Shown here: positions 56,378 through 64,000 of the stretch, one piece after another
How the letters are laid out: every line of letters begins with the position of its first letter
Numbering within the stretch: position 1 is the stretch's first letter
Assembly: GCA_963822965.1 (NCBI GenBank)
Contig: CAWGJT010000006.1
Location: 904,609 to 968,608, forward strand
DNA length: 64,000 nucleotides
From: an uncultured delta proteobacterium
Lineage (GTDB): Bacteria > Myxococcota_A > UBA9160 > UBA4427
Reading direction: 5' to 3'
Program-made: the position numbers and the translations under genes
Notes under the pieces: generated by a model
Databases searched by the model: none
What the model was told of the DNA's origin: nothing
Seen by the model: the letters and a program-made list of their open reading frames with translations, nothing else

Positions 56378-58264
56378 TCAGAACGAGGACGGAGAGGCGG
56401 GTCGCAGGCCTTCCTGCTCGAAGGGCAGCCCGTCGACCACCTGCAGCTGCTTCTCGCCGACGATCACCATGTGGCGGCCCGTGCGGGCCAGGCGCTGGCG
56501 CGGCGCCACGTCCACCGCCTCCACGATGTGCTTGCCGCTGGGGTCGAGCAGCTGCACGCCCCGGCTCCCCAGCAGGAAGACCCGATCGCCGACGCGCACC
56601 GCGTCTTCCACGAGGCCGGAGACGTTGCGGGCGAGCTTCGAGACCACCCGGGGCTTGCCCGGGTTCCGGAGATCGATGACCAGCACGCCGCCCTGCCCCA
56701 TCACGATCGCCGACGTGTCGATGACGCGCACCCGCTCGGGCTTGAATTCCCGACCGAGGCGCAGCTGGGCGATGACGCGGTTCTGGCGGAGCAGCGGCAG
56801 GGTGGCGACGAACACGGACTCCCCGTCCGTGAAGACGAGGGTGTCGTTCATGGCCGCGAGACCGCGGACGATACGGCGCATGATCCGCTCGGGGTTGCTG
56901 CCGTCGGGCTCGGACAGGAGCAGGCCCTGGCTGCTCGCGAGCAGCAGGCCCTCCTGGGTGGGTACGAGGGCGCTCACCGAGCCGACGGTGCCGCGCGAGT
57001 GGGTCGCCGTCACCGTCGGTCCGGCGGGGGTGAACGAGACGAGCTCGAGGCCGTCCTGGCCGTAGAGCATCACCTCGTTGCCCACGATCTTCACGCCCTC
57101 GAAGTGCTCGAGCTTCGACGTGCGATCGTAGCGGGCCAGCACCACGGGCTTCTCGGGGTCGGCCAGCCCCAGGAGCTCGAAGTCGCCGTCCGAGAAGAGC
57201 ACCACGGCCCGGCCGAGCACGGCGTCGACGGCGGTCGCCTTCTTCTCCAGGTCGAAGGGTGCGCGCACCGCCGCAGACGACTGCCACGAGGCCACCGGCA
57301 CGAAGAACTGGTCCCAGTAGAGCTTCGCCTCCCGCGAGGAGAAGAGCATCGAAGCCCCGCCGATCCGCTGCTGGGCGTCCAGGCGCAGCTCGAACTGGCG
57401 CTCGAAGATCGGCGGTCCATCGGGGCCCGTTCGCAGGGTCACGACCGTGCGCGCCACCGCTCCTGCCCGCGCCACGTTGCCGGCCGACATGGACGGGGTC
57501 TCGAGCCCCTCGCTGTGCTTGATGACCAGGCGCGTGCCCGGCGCGTTCGGGGACGCGATCTCCGGGATCACGACCAGCTGGACGCCGGAGTGCCCGTACA
57601 TGTCCTTGGCGCGCTCGGTGAAGGCCTTGATGAGTCGGTCCACCTCGGGGGTCCCCGGGGCGATGTCGATCACCAGACCGACGCGGCGGAATCCGGTGTC
57701 CTGCCGCGCGTCCAGGGCGGCGACCGAGCGCTCGGCCTCTGCCGAGAAGTCGCTCTCGGGATGCTGGGCGGCGAAGGCGCGCAGCGCATCGGCGTCGCCG
57801 TCGAATCCGTCGGCCTCGAGGTAGGCGGCGTTGCCCAGGGCGCGGGCGCTGAAGTCGTCGCCGGGGAACTGCTCCGCGAACTGCGCGTAGGCCTCAGCGG
57901 TACCGGCAGCCCGCGCCGCGTCGAAGGCGAGCCCCTCGATCAGGGGGCGCAGCTCGGCCAGCAGGGGACTGTCGGGATGCTCGGAGCGGAATTCCTCGTA
58001 GCGCTCGAGGCTCGGGCGCCGCTTCACCTTGTGGAACTCGATGCGCTCCTGGGCGTCCGCGGTGTGGTCCGAATCCGGGTACTTCCGGATGAACTGGTAG
58101 TAGGCCTGGGGCGTATCGGTGGCCAGCGCCCGATCCCAGGCCTTGCCCGCACAGCCGAGCGCCGCGAAGGCGAACCCCAGCACGAGGACGATCAGTGAAA
58201 TTCGGACGGTGAGTCGGGCCGAGCGTTCGATGGGAGTACCCTCCGCTGGCAGGAGTGGAGCCAC
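56378..58264 (-). CDS. Lipoprotein with N-terminal helical repeats and a C-terminal LVIVD-like beta-propeller; start uncertain (GTG 58264, ATC 58231 or ATG 58336)
   Basis: Lipobox ALGC; four F...[YHF]P.[SD] repeats; GLELVSF, GVLVIDLRNPGKP, GVQLLD blades. Confidence 0.75.
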   Translation of the reverse strand: MAPLLPAEGTPIERSARLTVRISLIVLVLGFAFAALGCAGKAWDRALATDTPQAYYQFIRKYPDSDHTADAQERIEFHKVKRRPSLERYEEFRSEHPDSPLLAELRPLIEGLAFDAARAAGTAEAYAQFAEQFPGDDFSARALGNAAYLEADGFDGDADALRAFAAQHPESDFSAEAERSVAALDARQDTGFRRVGLVIDIAPGTPEVDRLIKAFTERAKDMYGHSGVQLVVIPEIASPNAPGTRLVIKHSEGLETPSMSAGNVARAGAVARTVVTLRTGPDGPPIFERQFELRLDAQQRIGGASMLFSSREAKLYWDQFFVPVASWQSSAAVRAPFDLEKKATAVDAVLGRAVVLFSDGDFELLGLADPEKPVVLARYDRTSKLEHFEGVKIVGNEVMLYGQDGLELVSFTPAGPTVTATHSRGTVGSVSALVPTQEGLLLASSQGLLLSEPDGSNPERIMRRIVRGLAAMNDTLVFTDGESVFVATLPLLRQNRVIAQLRLGREFKPERVRVIDTSAIVMGQGGVLVIDLRNPGKPRVVSKLARNVSGLVEDAVRVGDRVFLLGSRGVQLLDPSGKHIVEAVDVAPRQRLARTGRHMVIVGEKQLQVVDGLPFEQEGLRPASPSSF

Positions 58265-58269
58265 CTCCG

Positions 58270-58296
58270 AATCGGAGGGCCGGGGGGGCCCCTTGA
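58270..58296 (-). promoter_or_regulatory. Putative sigma28-like promoter for the lipoprotein gene
   Basis: Minus strand TCAAG-N15-TCCGATT, immediately after the bioA stop. Confidence 0.5.
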
Positions 58297-58304
58297 GGGT
58301 TTTC

Positions 58305-59588
58305 TCACCCCTCGGGTCGCTCCTCTCCGAGGGCATCGAGCCCGGTGGCGATCGCCTGTGTGAGGCGGCTCACGTCCGCCGGCGGGGTCACGTAGGGGGG
58401 CATGAGGTACACGAGATCCCGGAAGGGGCGGATCCAGACGCCCTGCTCGACGAAGTGCCGCTGCATCTCGGCGACCGGCACCGGCACATGGGTCTGGACG
58501 ACCCCGATGGCCCCCAGCACGCGCACGTCCTTGACCCGGGGGTGACCGGCGAGGGGCGTGAGCTCCCGGCGGAGCTGGGATTCGAGGGCGGCGACCTGCC
58601 CCTGCCAGCCGCTCTCCAGCAGCAGGTCGATGCTCGCGCACGCCACGGCCGTGGCCAGCGGGTTCGCCATGAAGGTCGGGCCGTGCATCAGCACCCCACC
58701 CTGCGCCGAGATGCCGTCTGCGACCCGGGTGTTCGTGAGGGTGGCGGCCAGACTCAGGTACCCGCCCGTCAGCGCCTTGCCGAGGCAGAGGATGTCGGGA
58801 ACGACGCCGGCGTGCTCACAGGCCAGCATGCGCCCGGTGCGACCGAAGCCGGTGGCGATCTCGTCGAGGATGAGCAGCACGTCGAGCTCGCGGCAGAGGT
58901 CCGCGACGAAGCGCAGGTAGTCGGCCGAGTAGAACCACATCCCTCCGGCGCCCTGCACGATCGGCTCGAGGATGACCGCCGCCACTTCGTCGTGGTGGCG
59001 GCGCAGCAGCGACTCGAAATCGTCCGTGTCTTCCTTCGAGACGGGCTCGCCGAAGCGGCTCTCGGGGCGCCGGGCGAAGAGGTGCTGCGGCAGCACGGGA
59101 CGGAACAGCTCGTGCATCCCGCCCACGGGATCGCACACCGCCATGGCTCCGAACGTGTCGCCGTGATAGCCGCCGCGGATCGTGAGGAGACGCGCCTTGC
59201 GCTCGCGCCCGGCAGCGAACCAGTACTGGATGGCCATCTTGATGGCCACCTCCACGGACACCGATCCGCTGTCGCTGAAGAAGACGCGCTGCAGCGGCTC
59301 GGGCGTGAGTGCGAGCAGCCGCTCCGCGAGCCCGACCGCCGACGCGTGGGTGAGGCCGCCGAACATCACGTGGGCCATGCGCTCCAGCTGCGAGCGCACG
59401 GCTGCGTCGAGACGCGGGTGCCCGTAGCCGTGGATCGCGCACCACCAGGAAGCCATGCCGTCCACCAGCTCGCGGCCGTCCTCCAGGCGGATGCGCACCC
59501 CCTTTGCGGATGCCACGGGGTAGGCGGGCAGCGGATCCCGCATGGATGTGTAGGGGTGCCAGATGTGCCGCCGATCGAACTCGATCAC
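58305..59588 (-). CDS. bioA: Adenosylmethionine-8-amino-7-oxononanoate transaminase
   Basis: [61 protein letters not shown]. Confidence 0.97.
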   Translation of the reverse strand: MIEFDRRHIWHPYTSMRDPLPAYPVASAKGVRIRLEDGRELVDGMASWWCAIHGYGHPRLDAAVRSQLERMAHVMFGGLTHASAVGLAERLLALTPEPLQRVFFSDSGSVSVEVAIKMAIQYWFAAGRERKARLLTIRGGYHGDTFGAMAVCDPVGGMHELFRPVLPQHLFARRPESRFGEPVSKEDTDDFESLLRRHHDEVAAVILEPIVQGAGGMWFYSADYLRFVADLCRELDVLLILDEIATGFGRTGRMLACEHAGVVPDILCLGKALTGGYLSLAATLTNTRVADGISAQGGVLMHGPTFMANPLATAVACASIDLLLESGWQGQVAALESQLRRELTPLAGHPRVKDVRVLGAIGVVQTHVPVPVAEMQRHFVEQGVWIRPFRDLVYLMPPYVTPPADVSRLTQAIATGLDALGEERPEG

Positions 59589-60307
59589 GCTCCGGCCCTC
59601 CGGGCCCCGGAGAGCAGCGGTGCGAGGTCGAGCGACGAAGCCACGGTCTCGACGGGATCCCGGTCCTCCGGGACCCAGGGCACGCGGCCGAGGCACGGCC
59701 CCGGCAGGCGTGCGCGGAGGGTCTCGACGTTCTCCTCGAGGGCGTCCATCGGCTCGGGGGCGAGCTCGTTCGCGACCCAGCCCGCCAGGGCGAGCCCGCG
59801 GCGGTCCAGGTCCGCGGCCGTCAGGAGGGCGTGGTTCAGGCAGCCGAGCTTCATGCCCACCACCAGCACCACCGCCGTGCCGAGGGCCTGGGCGACGTCC
59901 GCCAGGGTCTCTCCCTCGTCGAGGGGGACGAGCCAGCCCCCCGCGCCCTCGATCACGACCAGCTCGAAGGGGCGTTCGCACAGCTTCCGGCAGTGCTGCG
60001 CGAGCGACTGGGCGGAGAGCCGGACGCCGGCCCGGTGGGCCGCCACGTGCGGGGCGATCGCGGCCTCGAGCGCCACGGGGTTCACGTCCTCGTAGGCCAG
60101 CACGCCGCCCGTCTCCCGGGCGAGCAACAGCGCGTCATCGTTGCGGAGGCGACCCCCCACGCGATGGCTGCCGGCCGCCACGGGCTTGATGCCCGCGGTG
60201 GCGAGGCCGCGACGCCGGGCCGCGCGCAGGATTCCGGCCGTCACGACGGTCTTGCCGACCCCGGTATCGGTGCCGGTCACGAAGAACGCGTGCGCCAGAC
60301 CGGTCAC
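59585..60307 (-). CDS. bioD: Dethiobiotin synthase
   Basis: [31 protein letters not shown]. Confidence 0.96.
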   Translation of the reverse strand: MTGLAHAFFVTGTDTGVGKTVVTAGILRAARRRGLATAGIKPVAAGSHRVGGRLRNDDALLLARETGGVLAYEDVNPVALEAAIAPHVAAHRAGVRLSAQSLAQHCRKLCERPFELVVIEGAGGWLVPLDEGETLADVAQALGTAVVLVVGMKLGCLNHALLTAADLDRRGLALAGWVANELAPEPMDALEENVETLRARLPGPCLGRVPWVPEDRDPVETVASSLDLAPLLSGARRAGA

Positions 60308-61473
60308 CCGGGGCCGCGCGTCTCGCCCAGCGCCTCGAGGAGACGATCGACGTCGCCCTCGTCGTGGCCGGCCGTCAGGGTGATTCGGAGTCGCGACGTT
60401 CCTTCCGGAACCGTCGGCGGACGGATCGCCGTGATGAGCATCCCGCGCGCTTCGAGCGCGCGGCTCCACGCGACGGTTCGCTTCGGGTCACCGACCACCA
60501 CCGGCTGGATCGGGGAAGAGGAGGGAAGCAGATGCAGACCGAGCTGCTCCGCCCCCCGCCGGAATCGCGCGATCAGGCTCGCGAGGCGCTCGCGGCGCCA
60601 CTCCTCGTCCACCGCGATGCGCAGGCTCGCCAGGGTCGCCACCGCCACCGCCGAGGGGAGCGCGGTGGTGAACACGTACGCCCGGGCGCGCTGGATCAAC
60701 AGCTCCACCAGCTCCTCGCTGCCCGCCACGAAGGCACCGAAGGTGCCGAAGGCCTTCCCGAGGGTCCCCATCAGCACGGGCACGTCGTCGATTCCGTAGC
60801 GCGCGGGATCCACGAGACCGCAGCCGCGAGGACCGTGCACGCCGAGACCGTGCGCGTCGTCGATCATCACCCCCGCGGCGTGGCGCCGCGCGGTGCGCAC
60901 GACGTCGTCGAGCGGACAGCGGTCGCCGTCCATGCTGAAGGTGCCGTCGCTGACCACCAGCCCGCGCCGGGCGTCGCCACACTCTCCCAGACGCTTGTCC
61001 AGGTCCTGCACGTCGGCGTGCTCGTACCAGTGGAAGTCCGCTCGGCTGATCCAACCGCCGTCGAGGAGGGACGCGTGGTTGAGCCGATCCTCCAGAACGG
61101 CGTCGCCGCGGGTCAGGAGCGCGTTGATCGTTCCCGTGTTCGCCGCGTAGCCGGTCGAGAAGAGCAGCGCTCGCGGACGCCCCGTCAGCTCGGCGAGCGC
61201 CTCCTCGAGCTCGTGGTGCGCCGCGCTGTGTCCACAGATGAGATGGGATGCACCCGACCCGGTCCCCCAGCGCGCGGCGCCGGCGGCGAACGCCTCGGCG
61301 ACCCGCGGATCGCCGGCCAGGCCCAGGTAGTCGTTGCTGCAGAAGTTGAGCAACGGCCGACCGTCGACCACGAGCTCGCGCGACTGGCGGCTCTCGACCA
61401 CCCGACGACGGCGGTACATGCCGCGCCGCTCCACGTCGTCGAGCCAGCGCCGGAGGTCCCAGGGGTCCTTCAA
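60304..61473 (-). CDS. bioF: 8-amino-7-oxononanoate synthase
   Basis: NFCSNDYLGLA, TGYAAN, DRLNHASL, FSMDGD, DDAHG, GTLGKAFG, IRPPTVP; TTG start at 61473 is tentative. Confidence 0.95.
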   Translation of the reverse strand: MKDPWDLRRWLDDVERRGMYRRRRVVESRQSRELVVDGRPLLNFCSNDYLGLAGDPRVAEAFAAGAARWGTGSGASHLICGHSAAHHELEEALAELTGRPRALLFSTGYAANTGTINALLTRGDAVLEDRLNHASLLDGGWISRADFHWYEHADVQDLDKRLGECGDARRGLVVSDGTFSMDGDRCPLDDVVRTARRHAAGVMIDDAHGLGVHGPRGCGLVDPARYGIDDVPVLMGTLGKAFGTFGAFVAGSEELVELLIQRARAYVFTTALPSAVAVATLASLRIAVDEEWRRERLASLIARFRRGAEQLGLHLLPSSSPIQPVVVGDPKRTVAWSRALEARGMLITAIRPPTVPEGTSRLRITLTAGHDEGDVDRLLEALGETRGPG

Positions 61474-61516
61474 GGAGTCCGCCCCGCCGCGATGCCCGGT
61501 CCCCCGCGACACGCCG

Positions 61517-62074
61517 CTACCAGAGCGTGATCCGGGCGCCACCGCTCGGTGCCCGGCTCCGCGACGCGCGGTTGCGACGTCGAATGCGACGCTGCAGCCG
61601 CTCGCGACGCTCCTGCAGGCGGCGCTGGTCCGCGGGCTTCCCCTTCTGCGCTGCGGCGAAGGCCCCTTCGGCCTCGCAGAAATCCTGGTAGCCCTCGATG
61701 TCGTGACGCAGCTCGCGAACGATCAGCTCCACCATGATGGCGTCGTCGAGATAGCCGATGCCGGGAAGCTTGTCGGGGATCAGGTCGTGGGGATCGCTGA
61801 AGTAGGCCAGCCCCGAGAGCACCCGGGCGCGGTCGGCCGCCGGCACGTCCCAGCGATCGTCGCGCAGGATGTCGATGAGCAGCTGCAGCTTCTCCATCCG
61901 GTCGGCGATGAAGTCCGGGAGCTCGTGGTCCCCGAGCTCCTCGAGCAGCCCCTCGGCGGCGCGGATGATCGAGCCCTCGCCCATCTCGGCGGCGGTGGCC
62001 TGGGCCTCCTTCATGTAGCGACGGAAGTGGCGCAGATCCTTGTCGCTCAGGGTGAAGACCACCTTGAGGGGCAT
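61517..62074 (-). CDS. YkvA/DUF1232 family protein
   Basis: ATG at 62074 after AAGGAG; LAYF.DP.DLIPD..PGIGYLDD. Confidence 0.88.
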   Translation of the reverse strand: MPLKVVFTLSDKDLRHFRRYMKEAQATAAEMGEGSIIRAAEGLLEELGDHELPDFIADRMEKLQLLIDILRDDRWDVPAADRARVLSGLAYFSDPHDLIPDKLPGIGYLDDAIMVELIVRELRHDIEGYQDFCEAEGAFAAAQKGKPADQRRLQERRERLQRRIRRRNRASRSRAPSGGARITLW

Positions 62075-62200
62075 GCGGAGCTCCTTTGTGCCGGGTCGCC
62101 GCGCCGACCCGTCTGGACGCGCTGGGGAAACCCCCGTTCCTACGCATTCTAAGCAGGCGGCGAGCGCGGAGCCACACATGCAAAGCGCCTGCGGAAGGCT

Positions 62201-62863
62201 ATGCTGCCCCGCATGCGGTCTGCCTGGCTCGCCCTCGATCGGCGGCGTACCGCGCCGCGAAGCCGCGCGAGGGTCGTTCGTCTCCTGGCCCTCGCCGGCT
62301 TCACCGTCCTCGCGTGCGAGACCCCCATCAACGTCGCCATCGACGTCGATCCGGACGCCCGGCTGGAAGGCTTCACCCGCTACACCTGGGTCAGCCCGGA
62401 TCCGTTGATCCCCCAGGTGAAGGGCGTCACCACCCGTCCGCCCATCAGCCCGATCGACGACAAGCGGATCCGTTCCGCCGTCGATGCCCAGCTCGCCGAG
62501 AAGGGATGGAAGGAGACGAAGGATCCCGAGCAGGCGGATCTCGTCGTCTCCTACGGGATCGGCGCCGAGGACAAGACCGAGATCTACGAGACGCCGAACG
62601 CGTCGATCGGGTACGGGCGCGTCTGGGGTCATCCCTACGGCTACGGCTACGGAACCTGGTACGCAGGATCGACGGTTCGCACGAAGCAGTACACCGAGGG
62701 AACCCTCACCCTCGAGTTCTTCGACCGCAAGCTGAAGCAGGCGGTATGGGTGGGTTGGGCGTCGACCCGACTCTCGAGGAGGGACGCCGACGGCGAGGCC
62801 CGGGCGGCGCTGATCGAGAGGGCGGTGAAGAAGATCCTCCAGGACTTCCCTTCACCCGACTGA
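62201..62863 (+). CDS. DUF4136 family lipoprotein
   Basis: Lipobox VLAC; RIRSAVDAQLAEKG, G/Y/W-rich loop, YTEGTLTLEF, VWVGWA, KILQDFP. Confidence 0.85.
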   Translation: MLPRMRSAWLALDRRRTAPRSRARVVRLLALAGFTVLACETPINVAIDVDPDARLEGFTRYTWVSPDPLIPQVKGVTTRPPISPIDDKRIRSAVDAQLAEKGWKETKDPEQADLVVSYGIGAEDKTEIYETPNASIGYGRVWGHPYGYGYGTWYAGSTVRTKQYTEGTLTLEFFDRKLKQAVWVGWASTRLSRRDADGEARAALIERAVKKILQDFPSPD

Positions 62864-62933
62864 GCCCGCCACCCGCGCGCCACCGGGCGTCGCCCCCCGA
62901 CCTTCGCCCGGATCCGTTCGCCGCGCGACTCGG

Positions 62934-64000
62934 TCACGATCCGGGTCGATCTTCGGGCGGCGACGTCTCCGCCGCCTTCCGGCGCCCCAGCTCGCGCAGC
63001 GCGCGGCGGCGGCGGATCCGCAGCTCCCGCTCGCTGAGGGTCTCCGCGCGGTAGAGCCGCGCCGCCCCCGGCCGGCCGGCCATCGGCTCGCGGCTGCGGG
63101 TCATGTGCTCGAGCTTCCGGGCGATCAGCCGACAGATGCCCGGCACGGGCGGGGCGTCCAGGATCCAGACCCTGGCGTCGCGGGGCACCTGCGCCTCCCA
63201 GCCTTCGAAGGGGAGCAGGGTCACGGCGAGCCCCGCCGTGCCCTCCGGCAGGGTGGCGAGCTGCCGCTGCAGGCACGGCGCCACGATCAAGGGCCGGTCG
63301 GGCTCTTCGCGCACCCGGGCAAGAGCCGGTCGGAGGTCGTCCACGGGAGCCTGCTGGAAGACGCCCCGGGCACGTCCCCATGCGACGGTCGCCGCGTAGC
63401 CGATGGCGACGACCAGCACCCCGACGATCGACGCCCGGAGCAGCAGGCCGAGTCGGGGGCGGGAGATCCGGGCCGCCGCGCTGGTGCACCAATCGAGCCC
63501 CTCGAGAGTCAGCAGCTGCTGGAAGCACAGCGCGTACAGCGTCAGTCGGCCCGCACAGATCGGATAGTCGATCAGCCAGGAGGTGCCGATCACCCCGACG
63601 AGGCCCACCGTGCAGCCCAGCGAGCGGCTGCCCCACACCTCGCGCCCGACGTCGGCGGGCGGCGCGACCGGGAACGACAGCTCGCGCAACGTCCGGGCCG
63701 CGCCGAGCAGCAGGGCGCCGACGAGCACTGTGGCGAGCGCGGCCGGCAGCCGGGGGGGGCCCACGAACTCGGTGGGTCCCAGGTACCAGGACGCCACGAA
63801 GCGGCGGAGGATCTCGAGGGTCTGGTCGGGGCTCTGGGCCAGGATGCACTGGCCCCAGAAGACGGAGAGCGCGGCCGAGCGCCCGACCGTATGCCGGACG
63901 TCCGTCGACCACAGCAGCGACGCCGCCGCCGCCAAGCCCAGCAGGAAGAGCGCGGCCGAGCGCGCATCCGGCCCCCTCCCCCGCCGGCGCAGGTCGAAGA
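62934..64000 (-). CDS. Polytopic membrane protein, 5' end outside the window (possibly a GT-C-like transferase)
   Basis: Frame stays open to the window edge; several hydrophobic segments; YP...RL motif; function not assignable. Confidence 0.6.
   Translation of the reverse strand, partial: FDLRRRGRGPDARSAALFLLGLAAAASLLWSTDVRHTVGRSAALSVFWGQCILAQSPDQTLEILRRFVASWYLGPTEFVGPPRLPAALATVLVGALLLGAARTLRELSFPVAPPADVGREVWGSRSLGCTVGLVGVIGTSWLIDYPICAGRLTLYALCFQQLLTLEGLDWCTSAAARISRPRLGLLLRASIVGVLVVAIGYAATVAWGRARGVFQQAPVDDLRPALARVREEPDRPLIVAPCLQRQLATLPEGTAGLAVTLLPFEGWEAQVPRDARVWILDAPPVPGICRLIARKLEHMTRSREPMAGRPGAARLYRAETLSERELRIRRRRALRELGRRKAAETSPPEDRPGS

Noticed and set aside
1..64000. Prophage, IS, integron or defence island
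   Set aside because: No integrase, transposase, phage structural or defence-system motifs were recognised, and there is no obvious compositional shift.

Overview
A high-GC (about 70% by eye) bacterial chromosome segment. A Myxococcota or related deltaproteobacterial origin is inferred from a giant TPR protein coupled to a PilZ protein, an extra Hsp70/J-domain pair, and a Hanks kinase with TPR-like repeats. I see no rRNA, tRNA, CRISPR array, phage or IS element. Gene content, left to right: rimP-nusA-infB-DUF503-rbfA-truB-rpsO (minus); pyrK-pyrD; a ~2660-aa TPR protein plus PilZ; lpxC; a membrane TPR kinase; rimK(RCK_C)-rimB-like-aspartoacylase; yebC-ruvCAB; a lidless Hsp70 plus J protein; DUF35 plus thiolase; a redoxin-octaheme fusion, enoyl-CoA hydratase and UDG; purE, PPIase and aroE; ferredoxin, rpmG and an orphan rplX; PQQ and LLM oxidoreductases; a sulfated ulosonic-acid surface-glycan locus; a lipoprotein; bioFDA; YkvA; DUF4136; and a truncated membrane protein. 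Best leads: (1) a sigma28-like motif TCA(A/G)(G/C)-N15-N(C/T)CGA(T/A) sits upstream of four non-housekeeping signalling, chaperone or envelope genes; (2) a secreted double-thioredoxin/octaheme cytochrome c fusion; (3) Cys-free L24 outside the spc operon, next to Cys-free L33; (4) NeuB fused to a D-lyxose/D-mannose isomerase-like cupin in a locus lacking neuC, with two sulfotransferases. Frameshifts in nusA, pyrD and pyrK cluster within 2.5 kb and are probably sequencing errors. All family calls come from motif recognition; no searches were run.
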